From Microbotryum violaceum (lineage: Eukaryota): DNA of 64,000 nt. Each line of letters opens with the position of its first letter. Position 1 is the first letter of the stretch. The notes below the pieces were generated by a model. The model was not told where the DNA came from. It ran no database searches and was given only the letters and a program-made list of their open reading frames with translations. Both the position numbers and the translations under genes were made by a program. The DNA is taken from positions 310,001-374,000 of the forward strand of contig CDLV01000006.1 in assembly GCA_001244265.2 (NCBI GenBank), in the 5' to 3' direction. This document shows, one piece after another, positions 13,504 to 25,989 of this stretch.

Positions 13504-16040
13504 TCATTCCTCTCCCTCCCTATCTGAGACGCGAACCCTCAATGGCATTCGATGTCCTAGATGCTCCTCGTCAATAATGAGAGGTCTAGTGACGATTTGG
13601 GAACGTCGTTCGATTTTGAAAGCCATGCCGTCCGCGTCGCGCGGGCTGAAGGAGAACGAGTCGAGCAGAACCGAGGCGATGCTGCTTGGGTGGATGGATT
13701 GTCAGATATAAAATTCAGGTCTTTGAAAGGCTCAGACAAGACGCACGCCTTGAGTTCGAGCACTCTGCAAGTTGATAGTCAGTGCCGCCAGTATCGTAGT
13801 GTCAGCGTGCTGTCGCAAAACCCTGCGAACTCCTGAAGTGAATGAAGGCTAGCAACTCACGAGAATCGGTATCCGATGCAAGCTCTTGGCCCAGCAAGGA
13901 ACGTCATCATATTCGAATAGACCCCCGTATTGCCGGTAATTGATCCCTGCTCGCCTTCTTTGACAAGCCAACGCTCGGGTTTAAACTCCTCTGCGTCGTC
14001 ACCGAAGACATCAGGGTTGACGTTGATGGCCGCAATTGAGACGACGAGGACCTGACCCTTCTTTACTTCCACTGACGAGTTCATATACCAAACAAAGTGG
14101 ACTGTAATCAGTGAGCTTCGAACGCAATGAAACATAGCGGTACGAACTCGGCTGCCAACTGACCCGAACTGATCATCTTGCCGTTCGTAGCCTTGACCGG
14201 GGTACCAAGGGGAATCGAATCGTCCTCAGAGGCGCTGCGAACTGCAGGCGAGAAGGACACCATAATGGATTAGTTAGGGAATATGATCGCCATGCCATGG
14301 AGACTCATAACTTACTCGTCAAAGAAACAGGAGGCTCGAATCTCAGAACCTCTCGGCAAACTGCGTCGAGGTAAACTAGCCCGTTCAGATCAACAGTGTT
14401 GAGTTCTTGTCGACCATGTTCCGCGGTCGCGTGCGCCCGAGCTTCTCGGATCTCCCTACGCAGCTTCGACTGCATGTCGGGACGGAGTGAGAGGTGATGC
14501 AGCAACCAGGTGAGGGCAGTTGAAGTCTGACAGGGTCAAGTCACACGTGCGGTGAGTGCGTCGAAGGTCTGATAAATGACATGACATTGCATGGCCCGAA
14601 ATGAAGACGTACCGTTTCGTGCCCCGCCAGGATAAAAGTCTGTTTCCATGGAATACAACTCTTTAGTCGATAAACATTGCTAATCTTCCGGATAGACTGA
14701 TAATGCACGGACCGTCATTTGACCCTGCAACTCGGCGTCACTCATATTGGCTTTCGCCTCGCCCAAGTTGGATTTGACTACATTGGGAGACACAGTGTGG
14801 TCAAAGATTTTTTCTCTGAGTAGGTGATCCGAGTGGCGATTAAAAACAGGTATACTCACGGAGGAGTGTCATGAGATCCTTTCCACCGCCCAAAGCAGCG
14901 GCGCCGCCATCCTTCTCCAGCTCTCGCTTCTTCTCCTCGACAATCTTCCTGCTCTCCGAGTCCATCGTCTCAAACCCCTTCCTCACTGCCTGTATGCGCT
15001 TGTTCGGGATGTATTTCGCTACATTGACAATCGGTAGAGCGGTAGCTAGGCGTCCAAGGATTCGACCAATCACGATTTGCGAGAGCGGAACCGTCTTTTG
15101 GATAGCGCCTCCGCCAGACAGCATGAGCTGGAACGCTTCGCCGAGTTCGTTCTTTTGACCCGATAGAGCACCAAAATCATAGCCAAATCCGGCTGCGTGG
15201 ATTCGAAACAGTCGCCATGAGCACGAGCACGACCTGAGATTGACAGATCAGAGCTAAAGGAGTCAACTCACCCATGCCTATGATGTCCAGCGTCAGGCGA
15301 GACAGCCACTTTGTGACCTCGAGCATGACCTCGCCCTCCTCGTGTGACTTGGCATACTCGTCCGCTTTCTCGCTCGAAGAGAAAGAAGTTGCATCCGACT
15401 CAGCGGTGTCGATCAGAGCAGTCCAGCGATCCCTCAGCTTGTAGGACGACTCGAAAAATGTGGGCAAGAGATCGCGTAGAGTAGAAGGCGAAAAGGCAGG
15501 ATTCATGATGCGCTTTTGTCGCCTATGGTCATCGCCTGAGCCCGTCAAGCAAGCGGGACCGGTCCATTTCCAGTCAGCAAAATTTTCAACAACTCCGAGG
15601 CGGTGAGCTTCACACTCTTTTGACATACCTTCGGCAAAAAGGAGTCCCTTTCCCAAAATTCTGGACAAGTCCCCCCTCACTTCGTTTGGCTTGGGGTACC
15701 GATAGCCGTTTTGCACCAATATGTGGCTGAGCGCGACCGGGTCGGTTAGGCAGAGTCGATCCTCGCCGAGGAATCCTCGGTACTTGAACACCCCCGGGTA
15801 CTGGCGGGCCCATTCTTTATGGGGGACACCCGGTGGCTCTGCAATGATACGATCGAGGTTGCCCAAAAATATGGAGGTTACGGGCGGGTGCGGGATGGTC
15901 TTGAGGTTATGACGCGGCCTCACGACGACGGTGTAGAACAGGTAGAGTGACGACGCAAGCAGCAGCACAACGGTCGCCTGCACGATGGCAGCACCGTTGT
16001 AGACGACGTGGAGCAACGATAAGAAATACAATGTTTCCAT
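13504..16040 (-). CDS. Cytochrome P450 monooxygenase (multi-exon)
   Basis: N-terminal TM anchor, HRRQKRIMNPAFS, I-helix FILAGHETTS, EVLR (ExxR), FKPERWL and heme motif FLAGPRACIG. Last exon ends ...DREGEE*. Confidence 0.95.
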
Positions 16041-16363
16041 TCTGAGAGATGGTATTGGCGGGGAGCTGTGTATATCGCCTTGAGCGGTGCCGATCTCTGC
16101 GGGCTGAGCTCAGGCCCTGTCGCGAGCCAAGTTGCCCAGCGATTCGCAGAAGTGTAGTGCGAGTGTACAACAGCTCTAGGATGCTTGAGCAAGATCGTAC
16201 AACTCACGCGTGAACGTCGTACGTGCTTTGGAGTGCTAGGTAATGGGGATTGAAGGAAGAGCGTCCGCTACGAGAGCTGAATCGAGAACGAACGTCGACG
16301 GTCTTCGGGATATTGATCCAGTCCAAGCGGCCCGATCCCCGATAGAGAACGCCGAGCCCGAGG

Positions 16364-19300
16364 AGGACCCCCGAAAGCCCAGCCGGAGGCGCATTTTTTT
16401 TGTTTGACATTTTGAGGACCCAAAATCCTGAAAATCGTCGAGGCGCATTGCAAAAAATTGACATTTTGGGATGAAACACATGTTTCGCCCCCGAGGCGCA
16501 TGTCTAGATTTTGACATTTTCCCGTGAGTCGGCCCAATTTTGGCCTACCCTGAGCAGCCTACGGCTCGCTTTGGGCCCGTTTGCCTTCGCTTCGAAACGC
16601 GCTTCGCGATGCTCGCGCTTGAACAAGTCACTAGCCATTTTCGCTAATCACTTTAGTTCAGTGGCTGTTAGAGAATATTAGGGATTAGGTACCCCTATCA
16701 AGTAAAATAAAAATGACGGGGCCCCTGAGGCTCCGTTCCGCTTCACTTCGTTCTGACACTGGAGCAGAGCACGACGAAATGATTCCATGCTTGTTTCTCG
16801 ACAAAGATCAGGACTACTATTTGCACGACGATGACTTTGATCGATTATCGCCGCTCACCAACATAACGGTTGCCGAGCTCCTCGCCTTCGATGTCGCTCC
16901 CGCCGACGCGTCTCTTCACATCGAGTTGTCCAAAGACGAGCCCACCCAGTATTCGAACTTACCCTACCCGACTCTTCAGACCAGAGACGCGTTTCTCGCT
17001 ACCGATGCTCTGATCAATGCACGCAAGAAAGGATATCGATCTTTGGCCGTCGGGTCGACGTGTTTGCCGCTCGGCGCCGATCGGCTATGGTCAGAGTACG
17101 ACCGAGCAAAAGACCTTCAAAGCTGGGCGCTGCGAGCTCAACGATGGATGGACAAAATTATCGTTATCAACGAAATTGACCGCAACCGTATCGCTGTCGC
17201 ACGTCGCATACTGAACGGATTGCAATGGCAAGAGCAAGACGGGCTTCTACCATTGCCTCTTCTTGCAAGTGGAACGAGTTTGGTTTATCTCCTGAGATTA
17301 TAAAGTCAGTACACCAATCCTTCAGCTGGCCACTCGTATTCATCTCGTATCTGAGGCAACTTGCTTATTCGCGTCTCTACCCAGGTCATGATTGGCTCGG
17401 TGAAGCCGCGGTGAACTTGTCAATTGAAAGCGTCCTTCGAGCTGGACGAGTGCAGAATCCCGATTTCGAAACATCGTATGGACTTATACCCTCCACCGTC
17501 ATCTCCTTGGTAATGGCTCGCCCTCCCGACTCGGATCCTCATTCGATCTTCAAAGCCTGTTTTTTCGGCCTGCCAAACCAGTATCGGAATCTCATCGAGC
17601 TAAGCGATTGCATGTGCAACACGCCGACCTCAAAGTCAATCTGGTTTCTACCCCTCTGCTCCGACAGCCATTGGGTTCTGGCCCGCATCAACATGCACAA
17701 GCGGACGTGGTCTGTGATCAACTCACTCTCCGCCACTCCGATCACCGCGGCTACTCGGACGGCCGTCCTTACGCTATTCAAATTTCTGAAGCTGGACATC
17801 AAGAACGAATTCCCTCATACTCCTAAGGCGGAACAACGGGAAGACAGCTACTCGTGCGGGCCGGCTACGATCAATGCAGTGGAGACGGAGGTGCTCGTGA
17901 TTGGGTCATTCAACGCAGCGCGCGCTCACATGTCACGGCTCCGTCAATTATGTTGTTTATCCTCTCTGGTTGGTGCTGTCCGTGCGCTGAAGCGTTCTTC
18001 TACCCTTTAATCCGGACTTCATATTGTTCTCCTTTCTCATTGGCCAGACTCCACGTGCAAATCGCTTACGACGAAGCTGATAGACAAGCTGAGGAACGCT
18101 ACGTACTCGAGACCACTGCATTGAGAAGGCAAACAGCTCATTACGTCCAATCGTGCGTCTATCAAGCTCAACTATCGTAATTTCGATCTGAGCTCATGCA
18201 TCTTCGGTACTATACAGCCTACACAAACTTCCGCCTCTTGTCGATGCTCGCGATACCAGTTTCTCGCTGAACTGGGCCAGCTTGATTGCCCATCGAGCTG
18301 CTCATGAGTGTAGCCACCTCAGAGCTGTTCAACTCAAAGGGAGGCCAATGGAATCGAGCGACACAAGTCGCGGAGAGGCAGGCTTAGAGATTAGCAATAC
18401 AGAGCAAGGACGCAGTGCAATACATTCACGCGTCTTGAATCTTGAAAGGGTTGGTGCAGTCCATGGTACCATCTCGCTTCGAAGACATTGCGGGCACCGC
18501 AAGGAGCTTTCGCTGGACCGGAGGTGGCCAGGTGGCCCGAGCGCTCACAACAAACGAGATTCAGAAGAACGCCTATATTGAGGATGGCCGCATTCAAGTG
18601 AGTTGTTGCTGAATTTAGGAACGAAGGCAACTGGATCTAATGTTTTGCCGGTCCTATACTTTTAGGAGAAGCTCCCTGAGAGAGACAAGCAGTATGGAGC
18701 GCTAGCACTACAACGCTATCCTCATTTTGGATCGCTTGACGGAGCTGTAACCGCTGCCGCACCATTGGAGATTGGATCTCTGATCTGCTTTGGCCTCAAG
18801 CGTGGCATGCATTCACTCAGCTGCGATCAAACTGCTTATGGAGAAGAAGCGCTGTCTATCGGAATTGGTACGTTGTTTTAAGTGGCAGTTGAGCTGTGAA
18901 GTTCTCGTTTGACACAAGTCTTGTGTCCTACAGTGCGATACATCTACAGCAAAGTGACAACAAACCACTGCAACCAAGACCCGCTCGCCTCGTTGGTTCT
19001 ACTCTCAAATGTCGTCGTACAGGAGCTTCGCCTCATCAAGAAAACATGCTATTCCACACACCTCATTGATGGCACTATGCCGTTCCGCATGATTGATGGT
19101 CGACAGGTCATCGAGTCATTAGGCCCGTCAACGACTACATATCGTTCAACCACGGACCTTACCTCATGTTACCCGGACGGGCGCCTAATCAGCACGAGCG
19201 CACATGCCGAGCAAAGGTTTGCCGCCCTTCGGAGCGTGCCCGGCCTGCGAGATGCCGCCGGCAGAACCTCTACAAGCCGCACAAATGCCACCGCGTAAAC

Positions 19301-19568
19301 AAGGAGCTCAACGTCAGCAAAAAGGAAGTCAGACAACGAAGCAGCGAGCCAGCCAGCAAAGCAAGGAAGGCTTGTTTAAAGCCTGGAGCCACGCGCGCCG
19401 CAAGCTACTTTCGATTGGCCGCCGCGCGCCCGCAAACGCTCGGAACGCGTTTTCGAGGACTTTTGAGCGATTTTTGGAGCATGTAGAACACATTTTGATA
19501 ATATTTTCGAGGCGCATGTGAAATTTTAACATTTTGGGGCCAAAATAGGGTAAAAAACTTTGACAAAA
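16364..19568 (+). mobile_element. TIR-type DNA element, copy A (Ulp1-carrying, probably KDZ/Zisupton-class), right end interrupted
   Basis: Starts AGGACCC-CCGAAAGCCCAGCCGGAGGCGC with repeated GAGGCGCAT/GACATTTT subterminal motifs. Homologous to 44958-46228 (inverted) and 46231-48168 (direct). Confidence 0.8.
16779..19298 (+). pseudogene. Ulp1/SENP-family (C48) cysteine protease-containing TE gene, 3' half degenerate
   Basis: WLGEAAVN, FLPLCSDSHWVLARI..WSVINSL and EQREDSYSCG give the C48 His/Asn/Gln/Cys arrangement. Downstream exons contain stops. Confidence 0.75.
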
Positions 19569-22500
19569 CCAGTGGTAACCCGATAAATTAACGAGAGGAT
19601 GAAGTTCAAATAGCAGGAGAATTGAAGAGTATACATGATTTCAGCAGATGTAAAAAAGTCACAGTGAGAAGAATCAAATGGTTTACATGGTCTCAGTGGA
19701 GGTAAAAGACACGATACGAAGTACAGCATAGAAACTACTATCCATTCATTGCCCTGAGAACAGAGCGGAATACTGGGTTCGGGGTCGCGGTGGCTGCGGC
19801 TGCCGCTCGATCGACGGCTTGTAGGTCGTCGTCATCATCGGCGGGGTCGCGAGAGGGCAGTAGCACCTTGATTCGATCAACACTCATGGCTCGAGACAAT
19901 GCCACATACAGCTGCCCGTGAGTGAAGACGGGATGCAGGGAGAGATCGACGCCAACACGATCAAGTGATTGACCTTGGGCTTTGTTGATGTCATGGCCAA
20001 GGCAACTCGAAGCGGGAATTGGAGCCAGCACATAATGAAACCAAGTTGGCGACTGCTAGTCGCATTTGTCTCGAGTCGCACGCGAGGGATGAAGACCGTC
20101 GTGCCCGCTCGATCTCCGGTCAAGATGATGGCTTGAATGACTCTCGATCTTGCGTGCGACACGATCAGGCGGGTACCGTTGCAGAGGCCCGCGTCTGGGT
20201 CCAAATTGCGAAGAAGAACGACAGGGATCCCTTCCTTGAAACGCAAGTGATGCGCGGGGAAGTTGGATGGGTTGATTGAATGTAGATACTCTGGCGAAAT
20301 CAATTCAGGCGCCATCCCACCCCCAGCTTCGCCTGCCTCGACAACCTCGTCTGCGCTGCGATACTCGACGTAGTCGCCATCGAACTCTTCAAACAGCTTG
20401 GCATTGATGTGATCGACCGTTGCGTTATGCGGAGCTAGGATTGCCTGGCGCGAGAATAGCTGAATCAGGTCGTCGAGGGACTCCTTGTTCACGGTCCTTA
20501 GACCGGGGTAGACAAAGTTGATCAAACCTTCGGCGGTTCTTTGACCATCCGGAAGCAGCAGGTAATCAGGCAGCTGCGAAGCGAATAAGAGGTAGTCTTA
20601 GTGTCGGTTGGTCGGGTGAAAGAGGGGAGCCGAACGTACGGTGATCTTGTCGTATGGGTGCATGTTGGCAGATCATCTCCCACGTTGAGTAGCCATTCCG
20701 CAAAGTCGCGCGTTCGAGCCAATTGAGCCTCGCCCATCGCATCAGCGTTCGAGCTGAGACGCATGTTCTCGGTAAGTCGCAAGACACGAACGTTGCGCCA
20801 GAAGTCTGCCTTGATGAGGGATGCATCGACGATTTGACCGGGAGTTCCTTTAGGAACGACAGGAAGGCATTGGCGAAAGTCCCCTGCAAATTGGAGACCT
20901 CGTCAGCGTGCAGTCGTTCAGAGCGGAGGCGGAAGAGCCCAACTGACCCGCAAAGACTGTCGTCACCCCGCCGAAGAGCTCCTCGGTCTCTCGGAGATCA
21001 CGCAGCAAACGGTCGACCGCTTCCACCGCGAATCGATGCGCCATTGGTGCTTCATCCCAAATGATGAGCTTGGTGGTACGCAGCATCAGCGCGAGATCAC
21101 TCTCCCTGTCGACAGGACACGTCAAGGTTGGCGATGTATCAAGTGGAATTCGAAAAGTCGAATGCGCCGTGTGTCCTCCCTTGAGAAGCAACGCCGCGAC
21201 TCCCGAGGACGCCACCGCGATCGCTTGGTCACCTCGAGCTCGCACCGTATCGAGAAGGGCATTTTCCACGAAAGTCTTGCCAGTACCCCCAGGTGCAAGC
21301 AGGAAAAACACATGCTGCGGCCCAAGGTTGTCGTCGCGCATCTGATCAACGACATCGAGCTCGACCGCGCGAAGAAACTCGTCAAAGGCAATACGCTGAT
21401 CGTGGTTCAGGCGAGCACGCGCCTCCTCTGCATCTTACGCACATTGCTCGCGATCAAAACGGGGAAGCCGATCGTCGGGACGATCGAAAAGCTGCACTTC
21501 GTCCTCGGTGAGCTCGGGGAGATCAAAGAAGGCCAAAGTTCAATCGTTCGCTGCGAGAAGGAGTCGAATCTTGTTGAGCGTCCACAGTCGGATGGTTTGA
21601 TCGTTGACGGGTACGTCTTCATAGTTTTCGATATGATAACGGGCATCGTCGCTCAGGGAATCAAAGTGGCGATCCAGCAAAGCTGGCGGGTTGGCAACCG
21701 TCGCATGGATGAGCATGAACACGAACAATCGCCGCAGTTGGTCACCGGTCCGAATCTGTGCAGCTTCCCAGAGACAGATATGGTGCTCGCCATCGTCGGC
21801 GAGAAGTCCGCGAGCGGCGCAAGCGGCGCGATAGGAAGGATACATGACGTCTTCAAACTTGAGCAGATCCGCAAACGATGTGGGACCCATGACAACCTCG
21901 AGGAGCAGTCTGAGGTAAAAGCGCTCCCCACTACGCAGTGGAACGGTGTAGATTCGTCCGATGACATTGCGATCACGAACTCGGCGCTTCCAGCGCAGCT
22001 TCTCCTTATTCCAGGAGTAGTAGCGGGGAACATTCGTGTAGAGCAACGTGGCAGTGAGCTCGCCGTCGGGAGCTGCGGCGCACAGGTCGAAGAAGCCGGT
22101 CGATTTGGAGCGAGTGGGCGGAGTGTCGAGGGGCAGCGGTTCGTCGGGATTGATCTGCACAGATTGTTGATGCTCCAGATGGACCGGTAGTCGATTGGCG
22201 GGCGGCCACACTCTACCGGTCGAGAATCCGAATAGGCGGTGGACCGCTTCTGAAGCACTGATGTAGCGACCTTCGACGAAGTCGTTGATTTCATCTCGAA
22301 CCGGTTCGTCCTCGCGAGTCCCTTCACCGTTCGCTGCAGGCTCAACACGCGCCACAGCTCGATCCGGACCTTTGTACACATACTTGAAGAGGTACTTGAT
22401 TGCGCCGATTGTTATCACAGCCTCGACATTGATATGCGCGTTGTACTCGGCGGAGAGATAAGGCGAGTAGGGCACGCAGTCACCATCGTTGTAGATGACA

Positions 22501-24810
22501 CCCGACTTGACGACGGCGTGGCGAAAGCGTCGGCGATACAATGGGTAGCCATCAGGGTGCATGCGGGTGCGGGGGTTCTGTTCGCGAGGAAAATGGCGCT
22601 TGCACCTCGGGTTACCGTACTTGTCCTTCTCCATGCAGGGCTGAGTCGAGTTTCCGCCACACTTGCCATGCAGCATGTGCCTTGTGACAGTCTCGTAGAG
22701 ATCAGGATAGCGCGAAGGATCGGGTATCTCGGCTTAGATCATCTTGTCGATCGCTTCCGTCGACAGAGGATGATCATCTGGCGCGAGGGTGATGAGGATA
22801 TGGGCATGCGGCAGGCCCCGCTTTTGGCACTCGATGTCGTGTGTATGCGTTAGAACGACGCCGAAACAGCCCGCACTTTGCTTGTTGCCAAAAACATAGT
22901 CGCAGAGTCGGTTCAGCTTCGCTTCAAACACTCGTGCGATGAGGTCCGGACGGTTGCTTGCTTGGTCGTTTGGCCCGAGTGCAGCCTTGATTTCCGGCCA
23001 GTCGGGGTTGCACGTCACCGTGATGAACAGCGAAGGCTTCCCATATTTGACGACACATGCCATCGCATCTCGGTAACGCTGCGTAACCTCCCGCGGGCTA
23101 TTCTTGAACGTCGACCCCAAATCACCGAACGTCCAATCTGATCCGGGTCAAACCGTTGTCAACGGCGTCGGTGATGCCCTGCGCCGTGGTGAGGCGCAGG
23201 GTCTCTTGATGAAAGCGGATATAGTTAAGTCGATCGGTCTCGACTTGGGAGTATCCGTCAATGACAAACTCGAGGAAGAGACGCTGGGTGGCATGTGGGC
23301 TTGAGAAGTAGTCGCCGCGTTCGTGCAAGTAGTATGCAAGATATTGAGAACGCGAGACTCGGGTTGATCCACCTCGACCCCTTTTCGTTGATGATCGTCC
23401 TAGATGTTCGAACATTCTATGTGAGTCTGTGCTTGCGTCTTAACAGAAAGGAACATATGAGAAAGAGCGGAAGACGCTTACGTTCACCATCACCATTCTC
23501 TTCGTCCCCTTCCTCGCCGTCTTCATCCTCATCGTCGCGGTCTTCGTCCTCCTGTTCGTCTTCTTCATCTGGGGACCAAGGCCGGCAAATAGCTCGCGCA
23601 ATTGGACACCATTGTCGATCTGCTCTCGGTTTCTGGCGATGGGCGGCCCAGCTTGGTGGAACCCGCAAAAAGGAATGTTGGGGTGGAAGCCATCTTGCCC
23701 TGCAGGAAATAGTAGTGGGTACCTGGGTACCGGAGAGGCAACGCAGACGGATGGAGCGAGCTGATGACTTGGTACTTGGGGCCGACCATCGGGACATCGA
23801 TCACCGTGCACCTGGAGAATACGGTCTTGAGGTCCACGATCTCCCATGTTGGTGTCGGAATCGCAGATAAGCATCGCCATTTCCGTGCTTGACGTAGGAA
23901 GGTTGTGGGTACGTCGGTCCCGGCCTGGCGGGAGGCAGAGGCGCAGGATCCGCTCTTTGGCCGTATCCCAACCTGCGCGAGCTTTGGCCGATGCGAACTC
24001 CCTCACAAAGTGATTCTTGGTACGCAACATGGACTCGAGCTTGGTCAAAGTAGATCGTTGCATGCGACTGTCTGCGCCGTCGGGTCCAAGTCGAGTGCCG
24101 GTGGCCTCGGCCGGGTCGATCAGCCATGTTTGAGCAAAGGTTGGGCGTTGAGTCACGGCAGGGATCAGGGCGCCGAGTCGATGGTAGAGGCGACCAAACA
24201 CGCGAAACACGGGGGGTCCTAGTTCCCAGTGCCGAGCCTTGCAGTGGGTGCACACGGCCGTCTGCGGGCCGAGGTCGTGGCGGATCGAAACGTGGGCTTG
24301 AGGGGTTTGAGCGCAATTCGAGCCCGGCGCACTCGCCTTTGCGGAGGTGGTGGTGGGGCGAGCCCAGCGTCGAGTTGGCCATCGCGCTGACCACGCTGTC
24401 CGTTCTGCACAGCTGCACGGCGGGCTCGTATACGTTTTGCAACACAAGATCGCTTGAATTGTTGTCATGACGCGCGGGGGGCTGATTCTGCTGATCGGCG
24501 CGGGACGAAGAGGAGGGTCGAGCCGCGGGGCGCCCAGCAGCGGGCGCTCGAGCAGGCCCATGTTACGCTATGGTACGGCGCTACCCTCGCGCCCAAGACT
24601 TGGCGAGGCTGCGATGGCCCTCCCTGGCGACCTTGGGACCGGGGCACAGTAGCGAGGGTTTGTTCTTGAGAGTGGGAGGGAGAAAGGAAAGGTTCGAGGG
24701 AGTGGCGCAGGATTATTTACGTGGTTTGTTTTGTTGTTCAGCCCCTAATGCCGCTGGTCGACTGCCGGACGGGCAATGACACGGCGGGCGCGCCGCATCA
24801 CGTGACAGTT
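19569..24810 (-). mobile_element. Helitron 1 (Rep-PIF1 helicase), frameshifted; 5' end approximate
   Basis: Rep motifs KPSLFITVTCNPDWPEI, QKRGLPHAHIL and KYLFKYVYKG. PIF1 motifs APGGTGKTF, IIWDEAPM, LCNGTRL and KAQGQSL..FTHGQLYVALSR. 3' end CTGG|T (19569-19572) preceded by an imperfect hairpin at ~19579-19595. Confidence 0.95.
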
Positions 24811-25233
24811 GTTAGCCCTCGCCCCGCGCGTCAGCCGCCAGGCGGAGCTGTGCTGTAGAAGCAATGTCATGCAAAGCCACGCGCTTGCCGTCCATTAAAT
24901 GCAAGTGTAAGGATTGTTTGACGTCAATAAAAAAAGAAAGAAAATACTGGGAACGCTGTAGCTTCGTTCGACCGGCACGAAAAATAGAAAAGTCGGCACA
25001 GCGCTGGTACATGGCTTCTGATCGGAACATGGACACCACAGGCAGGTGCGGCAGACACAACAGTATGCTGGTACATCCACCACAGGCGGCCCGGAGGGCC
25101 GCAACCCACTCAAAAATAGCGATCGCAGGTACATTCCTTAACTCACCTTTTTCTTATCCTTTATCCAACTATCTATTACATAGATTTACATTCATGCTAC
25201 CTATGATTAATCAAGCGCCCTTTTATTCCATTT

Positions 25234-25323
25234 TTCAGCGTCTATATTATTGCCATTGCCGGTGCAGAATCTGCTATCGGTCTTGGTGTTTTAGTTGCAT
25301 TTTACAGACTTCGAGGTTCAATT
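25234..25323 (+). pseudogene. nad4L: NUMT: C-terminal fragment of mitochondrial NADH dehydrogenase subunit 4L
   Basis: Translates FSVYIIAIAGAESAIGLGVLVAFYRLRGSI, the ND4L C-terminal signature (AAESAIGL..LV..YR.RG). AT-rich codons inside an AT-rich island. Confidence 0.85.
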
Positions 25324-25359
25324 TGCAAAATCCTTTATAAGAGAGTGAAAGAAAAGAAT

Positions 25360-25390
25360 AGCACCACGGAGGATTCGAACCCACACATTT
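25360..25390 (-). pseudogene. 3' fragment of a tRNA (T-arm plus acceptor strand), probably mitochondrial
   Basis: Minus strand GTGTGGGTTCGAATCCTCCGTGGTGC contains a GGTTCGAATCC T-loop; no 5' half is present. Confidence 0.45.
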
Positions 25391-25394
25391 TTAA

Positions 25395-25507
25395 AGAGGT
25401 AGTAAAGGCCAAAAAAGGGCGTTTTTCCTTATGTCTGCCCGAGGTGGGAAAAACGCCCTTTTTTGGCCTTTACTACCTCTGTATAAAAACACCTCGGGCA
25501 GACATAA
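25395..25507. repeat. 34-bp perfect inverted repeat whose 18-nt spacer is repeated again in inverted form
   Basis: Arms 25395-25428 and 25447-25480. Spacer TTATGTCTGCCCGAGGTG (25429-25446) is the exact reverse complement of 25490-25507. Confidence 0.95.
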
Positions 25508-25989
25508 AAAATACGCCTCAACAGGCGCGCGCGCAGCGCCCCCTCACGTGCCTTCCAAGTCACTGCCCCAGCGGGGTGAAGCTGCTACCCCAGGGCGCCG
25601 ACTTGGCCCAGGTTACACCCAACTCTCTGCTTCGAGTCGATTCTGTGTACACACAACACTCTAACAGCTGCTAGATTGATTGGGAAAGTGGGTAGTAGAT
25701 GCATTCCTTCCTTCATATTTTTCTCGCATCTTTCGGATGTCGTCAATGTCACGTGTCCGAAGCGGTCGCGCCGGATTTCGGTCCCGAGATCGAAGGGTCC
25801 GAGCACACGCGTTGGCGGCAGTCGGCAGTCGGCCACGCGCGCCGAGGCCTAGCGCCACACGCGAGGGACCTTCCACTTGACTTGCCGCCTCACCTCGTTG
25901 CTTTCGCTACAGCTCCTTGTAGCGTCGCCATCGACTGTACAGGCCCCACCGCTCGCGTTCGTCCTCTTGCTCATGCACTTGACTCGGCG

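Noticed and set aside
18250-19298. TET/JBP dioxygenase next to the KDZ transposase
   Set aside because: Looked for because KDZ elements often carry one, but no HxD...H 2OG-Fe motif arrangement was recognisable.
21036-22190. 384-aa plus-strand ORF
   Set aside because: Antisense shadow of the Helitron Rep-helicase; no motifs of its own.
25086-25112. GCGGCCC-GGA-GGGCCGC hairpin as a third Helitron end
   Set aside because: Followed by CTCA rather than CTRR; could equally be a mitochondrial GC cluster.
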